From Eledone cirrhosa (Eukaryota): 64,000 nt of DNA. The notes under the pieces are model-generated. The model saw nothing but the letters and a program-made list of their open reading frames with translations, was not told the DNA's origin and did not search any database. Shown here piece by piece: positions 13,639 through 25,698 of the stretch; within the stretch, counting starts at the first letter, position 1, and each line of letters opens with the position of its first letter. A program made the position numbers and the translations under genes. The stretch spans positions 128,588,001 through 128,652,000 of the forward strand of contig OZ024745.1 of the NCBI GenBank assembly GCA_964016885.1. The letters are read 5' to 3'.

Positions 13639-15675
13639 CTATATATGTATGTCTATATGTATGTATGTATATATATATGTATGTCAGGTCACCAGTTGGT
13701 GCTACTGGTAACATGTATCCCAATACAACCTGTCTCATGGTCGGGTCGTTGGCGACTAAACTGGCAACCCCACCAAGGTTTCTTGGTGAGGAGGGGTGAC
13801 TTTGGACCTCCTGCAGGACTAAAAACAAAACCTGTCAAAGGGCAAAGGAGCTCTTAAGAGTCAATGGCCATCCAAAATCACCGAGAGAGATGACCCCTTA
13901 GCCTTTGTCAAGGCAGAATTCTAGGAGAAGGAAAACTCTGATATAACACCTGCAACCCTGATGGTATCCAATGATATTGACTTTTTCTTCTTTTTGGTAA
14001 ATATCATCTTGGTTAAGAGAGTGGGACTGGTTTTGTGCAGTGCCTTTGCTCACTATAAAAGCTTCACTGCACAGGCATTGCTATATATATATATATATGG
14101 ACTTGATAAAATCCGACCTCACACACTTACACCCCTCCAAGACAATGTCACTGGACCGAGATCTTTGGCGCTACGTAGTAATACAGAAGACCTGCCTTGC
14201 CTAAGTACAAAGCGAAACCTACAGTCAGTAGGCACCTCTTAACCAAAATACACCCCCGTCCCACTACCCCTTTTGACGTAAAGCTATATTGGTACCACAA
14301 CACCCAGTCCGAAACAAATGAGGTCGTGTAGGTGTCACGACAAAAAAAACACACAGTTCACGCTGTGATGTGACCGTGTAGGTAACACAGTAAAAACCTC
14401 CCAGTCCACACTGTAAACGTGGTTGGTGTTAGGAAGGGCATCCAGCCGTAGAAAACCCGCCAGACTCATGAGCAAGACAACCAATCTTGCCTCAAGTGGG
14501 ACAATTCTCGTCCAGACCCATGCTAGCGTGGAAGATGGATGTTAAACGCTGATGATGATGTGTGTGTATGTATATATATCTATATCATCATCATCATCAT
14601 CACCGTTTTACGTCCGTTCTTCCACGCTAGCATGGGTTAGACGGGTTGTCCTGTTGTGGGCAGTGTCTGGTCGGCTGACCATGCCTTGCTCATACAGGAA
14701 CTGATCTGGCTTGATTTCTACAGCTGGATGCCCTTCCTAACACCAACCTCATTTACAGTGAGTGCTGGGTGCTTTTTCGTGGCGCCTACACGTCCACTTT
14801 ACAGTGTGGGCTGGGTGCTTTTTTGCCGTGGCACCTCCACGACCACCTTGCGGTGGGGGGGGGGGGGGGCATATTGTTTATATGCTTCAGCATGTACCCA
14901 TGGGAGGTCGGGTACCCTGTATTACTGCGTGACGCCAGAAGTCACGGTCGTGTGTCATTGACTTTGAGAGGTGTAGTTGGGTAAGGTCGGCTTTTATCAC
15001 CTCATCCCAAGTCATCTTGGGTCTCCCCACTCCGCGGTTTCCATCAACTTCTAGTGCTCTGCACCTTTTTATGCAGCTGTCATCCTTCATACGCATCACA
15101 TGTCCATACCAGCGTAACCGCCTCTCCTGCACGCAGCATTTGATTCCTCTTATGCTCAGTCTCTCTCTCAATTCATTTATGCTTTGTCGTTCACGTATAT
15201 TACTGTTACACATCCATCGGAGCATGCAGGCTTCGTTTCTCTCTAATCTACGTAAGTCTTCCACCTTCAGCGCCCAGGTCTCACTACCATGCAACATCGC
15301 TGTTCGGATACACGCATCATACAGTCTGCCTTTCATTCTGAGGGAGAAGCCTTTTGCAGCTAGCAGTGGTAGTAGTTCCCTAAACTTCTTCCATCCCGTT
15401 CTTACCCTAGTTATTGTACTTTCTGAGCACCCACCTCCGTTGCTAATTCGGTCACCTAGGTAGCAGAAGCTGTCTACTGTTTCTACAGGGCCCTCCCAGA
15501 GATTGGTGGTACTTGTTTCCTGTGGCTGTTTGCTTGCTGTTTCAATATCTATATATGAATGCTTGCTGTTTCATATCTATATATGAATGTATATATATCT
15601 ATATATGTATGTATATATATATATATATCTATATATGTATGTATATATATCTATATATGTATGTATATATATCTA

Positions 15676-15757
<82 letters not shown>

Positions 15758-16337
15758 CATCATCATCATCATTTAACGTCCATCTTCCACGCTAGCATGG
15801 GTTTGGACGGGAATTTTCCCACTTGAGGCAAGATTGGTTGTCTTGCTCGTATAGGACTGTCTGGAGGGTTTTCTACGGCTGGATGCCCTTCCTAACACCA
15901 ACCACGTTTACAGTGTGGACTAGGAGGTTTTTACCGTGTTACCTACACGCCCACATTACAGCGTGGACTGTGTGTTTTTTTGTCGTGACACCTACACGAC
16001 CTCATTTATTTAGGACTGGATGTTGTGGTACCAACATAACTTTACATCGAAAGGGGTGGTGTGGATGGGGTGGGGTGGGGTAGTGGGACGGGGGTGTGTT
16101 TTGGTAAGAGGTGCCTACTGACTGTAGGTTTCGCTTTGCACTTAGGCAAGGCGGGTCTTCTGTATTACTGCGTAGCGCCAAAGATCTCGGTTCAGTGAGA
16201 GGTGTAAGTGTGTGAGGTCGGAATTTATCAAGTCGCCCCGGGATTTTCTGGGTCTGCCTACTCCGTGGCTACCGTCTATTTTGATCGCCCTGCAATTTTT
16301 TTTATACAGCTGTCGTCTTTCACACGCACACACATAC

Positions 16338-16390
<53 letters not shown>

Positions 16391-18850
16391 ACCTGGCACT
16401 GATGATATTTGTCTCTTTAAAGCAAACACCAAAGACAATGGCACAGGCAACATGTCTACCCATTATAAGAGTGACCCAGACAGTAATGACCTATTGAAAT
16501 GTGATTGAAGCAATGAGATATGTAGATGTATGATTATGTAATTGCACATGTGTGTGTGTGAATGTGTGTCTGTTAGTACACTGTGTATGTACTAAGCTTT
16601 TCATTACTAATGAAATAGACTGTGTATGTTTTTTAAATTAATTTTCAAAATATCCAAAAATTTAGAAGAAGTTGATAAAATTAAGTTTTTCAACATTACT
16701 TAACCCTCTAGTTACCAACCCGGCCAAAACAGACTCTGGTTCTATGAAATAAAACCACCTATTTTAAAGGTTTCCACTTAAAATTAAAATCTTCTAACAT
16801 AATTTTATATAAGAACATTAACATTACATTAAGTTACTGTCTTAGTAATAAAATAATTAATAATTTTAGTAAATCCCTCCAAATTCTTCATTATCTGATT
16901 AAAATAGAATGTATTTCATTAGAAATGCAATCATGACAGTTTTAACAAAAATGTCTAAAATAAAATTAGAATGAAAGGATTTTAATATAAGGATTAACAT
17001 TTGAAAATGATCAGTTTTGTATCATAAAGTAAGGGCAGTTTCAGGTAGTTATTGAGAATCTATTATGTCTACCTTCTTTCTAAACTACTTTATAGCATAG
17101 GTATGCTAGCCAAGTAGAGGAAAGCTTGAGATCCTTGTTCAAGGATCGAGAGTTCAACTCCATTGCAAGTATTTCATGTTTTCCAAGCAGATACTTTTAC
17201 TCTGGGAAAGTTACTTGAGCTGATTGGCTTCCAAAACAGGATGGGGAGGTACATATCAACTTCATGCTTATTAACGGCCCTTATAAACCCAATGAGACTT
17301 AGATCTTTTTTTTTTGTGTAATTCATTCTATAGATGCTGTTGGCAATGATTGAATTTAGTTTAGAATTCATAAGTGTAGACCTTGCTATCAAATACTATA
17401 AATCTCTAGAGAGGACTTCAACTCAGGATTGTAAAGTAATAAAACACTTATTTCCATGCACATGGCAATGAACACTAAAATGAACAATATCAGTTGGAAT
17501 ATCAATGTTTGTGTTTGTAGACACAATACAACACCAGCAACAGTATAAAAATCATCAATTTGACCAACAGCTCGGCACCTAGTTCGTTTAGACCAACCGA
17601 ATCTCTCCAAATAGCACATCATACAAGCTAATAAGAGATTCTCTATGTTATCACTAGTTTTACTGAATTTGTTAAAAATAGTGGACAAATGTCTCTTAAC
17701 CCTTTAACATTTAAATCAGCCGTATCTGGCCAGGATTCTCTCACCTCTTTCTGTTCAAACTTGCTGTAACTGGCCCCTCATACTGATGTTAAGATATTGT
17801 TCTCAAAATAAATAATATCAAAATCTCATACGTTTGATATTATGTGAGGTAAAGCCTTTACCAAGAAAATATAATAGTATATATAGAGTAATGTAAATGC
17901 TAAAGGGTTAAATCATACATTCAGTTAAATTAAAAAGGAATAAAAGATTGGATATTGTACTTCTAGATACAATAACTGTATAAAATGATAGGATGGTTTT
18001 AGTTGGAATGATTTTGAATGATAAATCACATAATTTATATTAGACTGCTAGAGTGGTCAAGTAGGTGACACAACAAAAAGCACCCAGTACACAGTCTAAA
18101 TGTGGTTGGCAATAGGAAGAGCATCCAGCCATAGAAACCAAACCAGAAACAGTTGTGTGAGCAAAACGTGGTCATCTGACCTTGCTTGCCACACAACAAG
18201 ACAACTCGACTAATATATGCTAGTGTGAAAAATTGGACGTTAACCCTCTAGCATTTAAACCAACCGTATCCATCTAGAATTCCCTCACCTCTTTCTGTTA
18301 AAACTGGCCACTCATACTGATGTTAAGTTATTGTTCTCAAAATAAATAACATCAAAATCTCGTAGATTCGATATTATGTGAGATAATTATGTAAGATAAA
18401 GCCTTTACCACAAAGATACAATAGTAAATATAGAGTAATGTAAATGTTAAAGGGTTAAATGTGGTTGGCGTTAGGAAGGGCATCCAGTCATAGAAACCAA
18501 GCCAGAAACAGTTGTGTGTGAGCAAAACGTGGACATCTGACCTGGCTAGTCTCACAACAAGACAACTCGTCTAACCCATGCTAGCGTGGTAAAATGGACG
18601 TTAAACAGTGACAATGTTGAAATATATAAATGAAGATAAATATATTTACCAAGCCCTTTGGTGCATTTCTCCGAAAGAAAGCCTTACAAGATTCACAGGA
18701 GATGGCATCAAAGTTGTAACCAAGAGCCCGATCCCCGCAGACACCACAGTATTTATCTTCTTTGTTCTTACGACTTTTTATGGCTTCGGCAGAGTTTGCC
18801 GAGAGCTGTCGAGATTCCACCGAAGTGTAGTGATTCGATACTGGCTCCAT
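8894..18850 (-). CDS. HR96: Nuclear hormone receptor, NR1J group (HR96/DAF-12/NHR-8-like; sister to vertebrate VDR/PXR/CAR); spliced CDS join(18850..18650,13169..13003,9677..8894), 383 aa
   Basis: Three exons with GT-AG sites splice in frame: 201+167+784=1152 nt. The C4 zinc-finger DBD has P-box CESCKAFFRR (ESCKA is typical of NR1J, versus EGCKG in VDR). The LBD has the signature FKALSQSDQISLLK and an AF-2-like PLMKEVLD. The exact paralogue cannot be determined here. Confidence 0.9.
10985..11585. repeat. Intronic minisatellite, about 12 variable 40-55 bp units
   Basis: Core cctctctagatgtacaccagatgatcctgcatcatctcatctatga with an optional ~10-bp insert (caactaagga/attaatga). Confidence 0.9.
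13003..13169 (-). CDS. HR96: NR1J/HR96-like receptor, second coding exon (zinc finger 2 plus C-terminal extension)
   Basis: Manual translation gives DYFKCPYEEKCKMDVSNRRFCKKCRLRKCFEIGMRKEYILTEEEKMRKRQRIEEN(R). Acceptor attttctccag, donor gtacgt, phase 0 in and phase 2 out. Not in the ORF track. Confidence 0.93.
13684..14080. mobile_element. Unclassified GC-richer interspersed element within a (TA)/(TATG) tract
   Basis: Sharp boundaries against microsatellite on both sides, a related patch near 60570-60630, and no credible ORF. Class not determined. Confidence 0.4.
14099..14560 (+). mobile_element. RTE-clade LINE family B, 3' fragment
   Basis: Degenerate ORF end (DRDLWRY..IQKT), 3' UTR and (GAT)n tail; near-identical inverted copy at 15755-16325. 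Confidence 0.8.
14585..15510 (-). mobile_element. RTE-clade LINE family A, 5'-truncated; intact C-terminal RT frame, 3' UTR and (GAT)n tail
   Basis: The open frame reads VETVDSFCYLGD...GWKKFREL...KGRLYDACIRTAMLHGSETW...ERRLRWYGHVMRM...GRPKMTW, typical of the RTE RT C-terminal region. Stop at 14887. Confidence 0.9.
15755..16325 (-). mobile_element. RTE-clade LINE family B, 3' fragment
   Basis: Encodes ...IDGSHGVGRPRKS...NRDLWRYAVIQKT followed by the same 3' UTR as 14099-14560. Confidence 0.8.
16704..16945 (+). mobile_element. piggyBac-type MITE family 2 (degenerate right end)
   Basis: TTAA|CCCTCTAGTTACCAACCC...ggttctatgaaataaaaccacc; similar to 31785-32010 and 44627-44838. Confidence 0.6.
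17700..17907 (-). mobile_element. piggyBac-type MITE family 1
   Basis: TTAA|CCCTTTAACATTTA...TAAATGCTAAAGGG|TTAA. Confidence 0.85.
18244..18454 (-). mobile_element. piggyBac-type MITE family 1
   Basis: TTAA|CCCTCTAGCATTTA...TAAATGTTAAAGGG|TTAA, lying between two LINE/SINE tail copies. Confidence 0.85.
18650..18850 (-). CDS. HR96: NR1J/HR96-like receptor, first coding exon (short A/B region plus zinc finger 1)
   Basis: Encodes MEPVSNHY...YCGVCGDRALGYNFDAISCESCKAFFRRNAPKGL. An acceptor (polypyrimidine tract + ttgcag) opens the exon at 18869, ATG is at 18850, and the donor gtaaat follows 18650 (phase 0). The frame is open from the acceptor to the ATG, so an N-terminal extension is possible. 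Confidence 0.92.
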
Positions 18851-18984
18851 ACTGTTAGAGTCCTCAAAGCTGCAAAGATGGAGAAAAAGGAAGAGATAAT
18901 GGTGAGAAAAAGAATTGGAAGGCAATAATACAGAAATATGACGTAAGCACGAGATAGAATAATAAAGAAAGAGGAAAGGAAAGA

Positions 18985-19305
18985 AAATATGATGGTGGTG
19001 ATGGTGATGTTGATGGTGTTGATAATGATGATAATGGTGTTGATGATGATGGTGGTGTTGATAATGATAGTGATGATGATGATGATGATGGTGGTGTTGA
19101 TAATGATAGTGATGATGATGATGGTGGTGATGATAATGATAGTGATGGTGACGACAATGGTGTTAATGATGATGATGGTGGTATTGATGATTATGATGAT
19201 GGTGGTATTGATGGTGATGATGATGGTGGTATTGATGGTGATGATAATGGTGGTATTGATGGTGATGATGACGATGACAAAGATGGTGGTGAACAAGATG
19301 ATGTC
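18985..19305. repeat. (GAT/GGT)n degenerate trinucleotide tract
   Basis: Directly visible, ~120 bp upstream of the exon acceptor. Confidence 0.9.
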
Positions 19306-20387
19306 TACAAGAAAAATTAAACAACAAGAAGACAAAGAGAAAATGTAACTAACATCAAAGCTTCATTGGATGTACACCTCCAAAAAGTAATTTAAAAAAA
19401 AACATCCTTCAAGCAAAAACAACAAAAAGTTTATTACTTGGATGCTGCCAACACCATTATTTTTACTGACACTAACATGAAAGATTTTGGTGAGGCAAAA
19501 TATCAAAAATAATAAGAAAGTTAATAATAATCATTTCTAACATAGGCACAGCGCCACATATTTTAGGTGTGGCTGGAGTTGAGCTAGAGATTCAATTGAT
19601 CCAAGAACTTGTTGGGCAATTATTCTATTATTCTATTGACCTGTTACAGCATGAAAGTCAAGCCAAGCAGGAATTGAACTTAAAATTAAAACAATTTAAC
19701 CAAATACCCAAGCATTCTACCAATTTTAATTATTTTTATAAGGGCACAAACAATCCATATTTCTGGAAATCAGAAGGACAATGAAATGGTATGTATGTTT
19801 GTGTGTTTATATATATATAGAACCAGTTTTGAACTAGTTGGACTATTACTCAACAGAGTACTTGATACTTGGGATAGTAGAGTATGGCTATATTATAAAT
19901 AATCAGGGCCTGATGGTTGAGCTCTTGCTGTTACAACAGCTAGTTCCAGACTATATATATATAATTATTGTTATAAGGAATCTGCCTTATGGTTAAGCTT
20001 TTAACATTTCAATAATCTAACTGTAAGACAGAACCATTACAATAATATCTACTTTCCTTGGTTTTACTGGTCTTAACTAGTAACATCTCATCTCATCTCA
20101 TCTCTCTCTCTCTCTGTATATATATATTGCGCAATTTTCTGAATATTGCAGAAGTAAAATCTGCATTTGTAAAGTTATATTGCAGATATATAAACGATGG
20201 CTTGGGATAAAAAAAATATTTATATCTATCTCTAACTAATAACACAGCGAACTGTCTACAGTAAACTAAATGTATGCACTCTGAACAGCTGATAGCAGCT
20301 GCATAACTGCAATTCGCCAGATTCATTGTGTGAGCTAGACACTAGCCGAAGGACGCTGAAATTATAACAGCAATCTTTGTTACTTTT

Positions 20388-20441
<54 letters not shown>

Positions 20442-20939
20442 ACCATGAGCTTCCCAGTTTTGGCTACTTATATATATAATATATAAGGCCAACTATTTTA
20501 CAATGCAGGGAAATTCACATCACATTATCTAATGTGGGGGATATTTAGCTGTTATTTCTTGCATGTCAAAACCATATAGAGGATCCCTCATTAGTTTCTG
20601 TTATATATTCGGGGAGGGGGTGAAAAGCTGCCAAAAACTGGCCTTATTGCTATCTCCCCAACATAGTAACCAGTAAAACAAGCACCACAGACCCAAGACC
20701 AAATGATCTTGCAAAGTATTGGGTCGTCAAGTATGAAATTTGTAGAAATTTGTTTTTTTTCTTCATATTTCCACAAATTTCATACTTGACAACCCAATAT
20801 ATATAGAAAGTATGCAAATATATCTAAAGTAAAAAAATTGTACTTTAATGCATCAAACTCACATGGTTCACACAACTTCTTTGAGCATCTTCATTTTATT
20901 AAAAAATTCAGTTGGCAGGTATTTTCTGGACTTTATAGA

Positions 20940-21351
20940 TTTTAAACACGAACTAGAGAGAGTTTTCTCTACTAATGACATGGGTATTCTCAGTTAATAG
21001 GAAGTTTTTCAACTCCCTATAATTTACATATGTGAAACCCTATTTTAAACACGAACTGGAGAGAGTTTTCTCTACTAATGACATGGGTATTCTCAGTTAA
21101 TAGGAAGTTTTTCAACTCCCTATAATTTACATATGTGAAACCCTATTTTAAACACGAACTAGAGAGAGTTTTCTCTACTAATGACATAGGTATTCTCGGT
21201 TAATAGGAAGTTTTTCAACTCCCTATAATTTATATATGTGAAACCCTATTTTAAACACACACTAGAGAGAGTTTTCTCTAGTAATAACATGGATATTCTC
21301 AGTTAATAGGAAGTTTTTCAACTCCCTATATATTACATATGTGAAACCCTA
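20940..21351. repeat. Tandem repeat, 4 x 103 bp
   Basis: tttaaacac recurs at 20941, 21044, 21147 and 21250; units are near-identical. Confidence 0.95.
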
Positions 21352-22933
21352 CAGTGTGTGTGTTTAATATGCAGAATGCTTCGCCTCAGCCCTTTTGTTT
21401 GAAAAAACCCCCTTTCACATTATTTTGACATCCAGAATCCCAGCCAACCAGCCACAGACAATGTACTTATTCTATTTTATCATAAAATCTAAATAGTCCA
21501 TTTACATCTAAACATACCTTTCCTCCCAACACTGACAACCACCTGCATGACACCAGCCCCATATGTCTAACTCTTGTAAAGTGTTGTCTTTCTCCTTCCT
21601 TCCTCCCCTACTTTACTAAGGCTACTCCCCATCTCCAACACCACTCCTTTGGCAATAAGTACCACCATTCACTCTAAACCCATCACCATAAAACAAGTGT
21701 TTTATTTTTTTGTTTGTTTTGTTAGTTTGTTGGTTAATTTTTCAAGCTGGGAAGTCTAAGTCACAGATGACATCTATATAGACTGGCAGACAGTTTAGAT
21801 GAGACAGATGACACCTCTCACTTGCACAGTCTCCATAGGAAAAATAAATAAAATAAAGAGAAAGCTGATGAAGTCTTAACCAAATGGTATTTTTTCTAAC
21901 AATGGTTTCTAATTAAGATGGGCCCTAGTACATAACTGGTACATTATTTTATCAATCTTGGAAAGATGGATGGTAAAGTTAACCTCAACAGAACTTTAAT
22001 TTGGGGTGCAGAAACAAATAGCACAAAACATTCCATCAGATAATCTGGCACAAGATCACACAATTTTGGTATATATGCTAGCACATGTCTAATATATATT
22101 TTATTGGCATATCTCAGTCGATAGAGCATCTGACATTTACAGTGTTGATAGTGAAGTTATCTGACAGTCACAGGTAATGTCCCTCAGCAGGCGAGCATAT
22201 ATTTTATTGAGTACACCCTGCCCACAGGAATTTCAGCTCAGAATTTAACCTAGCACAATTACTACAATCTATTTTTGTGCACCAAAACAACCATTACTAA
22301 ATAATAAATGGATGAAGCTGTAGCACATATGAATCAATATGTAACATAAAAAAAAACTTTTTATTTTTATCATAGTCACACGCATATATGCAAGTAGCTG
22401 TTGATGTTTAGTTCCATGCTAATTCTAATGAAACAGACCTATGATCACAAGTGGCCCACTTTGAGACCAATGTCTTTTTGACACTGCCTCATGTGTCCTT
22501 TATTTAAAATAATAGGGAGAGTTTTGGCTGTTATATTTAGAAGGTTGAACCCTACTATAAAGGCTCCTTCATTGGCTCTAGTTTAGGTAGATCAGTGGGT
22601 GGCTTAACAGCCATCAGTGAAAAGAAACTCAAGAAAGCTGGGCAGCAGCAGGTCTTCAGAGAAGAAAACTCCCTCAAGTGAGTGTTTCTGCCCTTAACTA
22701 CTAGCAGTATATATATATATATATATATATATCCGGGGAGCGTAACTTGAAGTTACTGTAGGTTCACCCTAGTGAGCACTCAATGTTTAGGTTCACTTCA
22801 GTGTCGAGATGTAGAGCTATACAGAGTGTATTATAGTGAAAGGATAACAAGGATGATTGGTTACTCCTGCCTTACATTTATTGGTTGGTGGCGCACGTTT
22901 CACCACACACACACACACACACACACGTTTCGC

Positions 22934-22971
<38 letters not shown>

Positions 22972-22983
22972 GACACACATATA

Positions 22984-23229
22984 CAGTGTTCCCCAGCATT
23001 CACAAATCTTCCTTAGAACCTAACTAATAATTGTTTGTGTAAATCACCGCATATTCACGGAATCGTAAATATCTTCCACGATTGTCAATAACAATATACT
23101 GCTGGGCTATATCTTACGTTATGGTTTCATGTTTATATACATTCTTATGGACCACATCCAATATTCGTGGTTTTTCACTCTTCGCGGGTTCTCTAGGAAC
23201 ATAACCCCCCACAAATACCAGGGGACAAC

Positions 23230-23231
<2 letters not shown>
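22984..23231. mobile_element. Tc1/mariner (Tigger/pogo-like) MITE
   Basis: TA|CAGTGTTCCCC...GGGGACAACTG| imperfect TIRs, inserted in a TA/CA microsatellite. Confidence 0.55.
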
Positions 23232-23274
<43 letters not shown>

Positions 23275-23799
23275 AGTGTTAAGAAACTCTCAGGAGAGAT
23301 GGACAGCAGAAGGTCTTCAGAGAAGAAATCCCAACTGAAGTGAAGGTTTTGGCCTTTAGCTTCTATCAGATGTTTGTTAAGAACAAGAGCAACATGGTGA
23401 ACGAAAATCCAAGCTTTCTGGACAGACTAGTAAACAGCTAACAATCATCATCACCCAAAACACCAACAGTATGCTATCATCATCACCCAAAACACCAACA
23501 GTATGCTATTAAGCATTAACTTACATCACTACCTCCAACACACACATACTTGCTAACTACTGCTATCACACACACACACACACACTCAGTACCATTAACC
23601 ACCACCGCCACCACAACTAACTACTTACTAATCATCCCAAATGTTTATTGCTACTACTACTACCACCACCACAACCCTCATTAATTTCAACCACACACAT
23701 ACATACCACCAGCCTACACCATACTTAAACATACACAACCACAGTCATTATCTTCAACCACACACACACACACTGACAACTAATATATCCATAAAATGA

Positions 23800-24725
23800 C
23801 ACTAAACACCACCACCACTCCCACCAACACCAACATCACCACCACCTCCACCAACTCAGTCACCACACCACTGCCACCACCTCAGTCACCACACCACCGC
23901 CACCACCTCAGTCACCACATCACCACCACCACCACCTCCACCACCACCACAGGTAATTACCAAATTACAAATAAATGAAACACCAACTGGAGTTAGTAGC
24001 ATTGATTAACGTGGTGGTGGTAGTAGTGTGGTGGTGGTGGGTGGTGGTGTGGTGGTGTGGTAGTCGTGTGGAAGTGGTGGAGGTATGGTGGTGTGGTGGT
24101 GGTAGTGGTGTGGAAGTGGTGGAGGTGGTGTTAGTGTTGACAGTATTGTTGTTAGTGTTGACAGTATTGTTGTTAGTATTGACAGTATTGTTGTTGACAG
24201 TATTGTTGTTAGTGTTGACAGTATTGTTGTTGACAGTATTGTTGTTAGTATTGACAGTATTGTTGTTGACAGTATTGTTATTGTTGTTGACAGTATTGTT
24301 GTTAGTGTTGACAGTATTGTTGTTGCAGTTATAGTTGTTTGTCCAACCAAACTGTTAGTGTTTCTTGAAGTGACAATAACAGTGTTATATTAAATTATCT
24401 TTAACGATGTTTGGTCGGAGGGGGACAATAATGACAGGGGGAGGGAAAGAAGAGGGGGGATGTTAGTAACGATGGTGGTGGTGGTGATGTGGTTGGTGTG
24501 ATGAGGTGATGGTGGTGGTGTGGTTGGTGTGATGAGGTGGTGGTGGTTGGTGTGATGAGGTGGTGGTGGTTGGTGTGGTGATGTGGTGTGTGGTTGGTGT
24601 GGTGGTGGTGTGATGTGATGTGGTTGGTGGGGTTGGTATGATGTGGTGGTGGTGTGGTGATGTGGTGTGTGGTGGTGGTGTGGTGATGTGGTTGGTGGGG
24701 TTGGTATGATGTGGTGGTGGTGCAT
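23800..24725. repeat. (CAC)n, (GGT)n and (GTT)/ttgacagta degenerate low-complexity block
   Basis: Directly visible. Confidence 0.9.
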
Positions 24726-24852
24726 GGAATAAAGAATGTAGTAATTATTGAATGTGAACCAGCACAGCTATGCAAGTTATTTCATGCTACTAAATATATA
24801 TATTAGACCAGCTGAATATATAGAACAACATCTAGCAGTAACTACACACATA

Positions 24853-24999
24853 CATAACATAACATCTAATATATATATATATATATATATATACATAACA
24901 TAACATCTAATATATATATATATATATATATATAACATCTAATATATATATATATATATAACATAACATCTAATATATATATATATATATAACATAACA

Positions 25000-25047
<48 letters not shown>

Positions 25048-25085
25048 CATAACATCTAATATATATATATATATATAACATAACA

Positions 25086-25121
<36 letters not shown>

Positions 25122-25165
25122 CATAACATCTAATATATATATATATATATATACATAACATAACA

Positions 25166-25203
<38 letters not shown>

Positions 25204-25328
25204 CATAACATCTAATATATATATATATATAACATAACATCTAATATATATATATATATATATATAACATAACATCTAATATATATATATATATATAACA
25301 TAACATCTAATATATATATATATATATT
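24853..25328. repeat. Compound array: fixed AACATAACATCTA motif separated by variable (TA)n, ~13 units
   Basis: Directly visible. Confidence 0.95.
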
Positions 25329-25498
25329 AGAAAAAGGAAGTAAGGATTCTATACAAACAGTGGATATAGAGAAAAGGTGAAGTTGGAAATAGCACGGGAG
25401 ATATATTTAAGGGTCTGTTTTTCTTTTTTGATTCGTCAAAGTGACATTATTGAAAAGATAACATTATTTTAAAAAATGAGAGGGACAATTCTTTTTAA

Positions 25499-25698
25499 CC
25501 CTTTAGCATTCACATTACTCTATATATACTATTGTATTTTCATGGTAAAAATATCATAATATCGAATCTATGAGGTTTTGAAAGTATTTATTTTGAGAAA
25601 AATATCGTAACATCAGTTTCAGTGACCAGTTACGGCCAGTTTCAACAGAAAGAGGTTGAGAATTCTGGCCAGTTTTGACCGGTTTGAACATTAAAGGG
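25499..25698 (+). mobile_element. piggyBac-type MITE family 1
   Basis: TTAA|CCCTTTAGCATT...ACATTAAAGGG|TTAA. Confidence 0.85.

Noticed and set aside
14887-15336. 149-aa ORF as a host gene
   Set aside because: It is the C-terminal part of an RTE LINE reverse-transcriptase ORF, 5'-truncated, inside an intron.
18870-18925. N-terminal MPSNSFSHHYLFLFLHLCS of the tracked ORF 18581..18925
   Set aside because: This is the polypyrimidine tract and acceptor. Likewise VNIFIF... after KGL is intron read-through.
24853-25328. Repeat-spacer pattern resembling CRISPR
   Set aside because: The spacers are only (TA)n.
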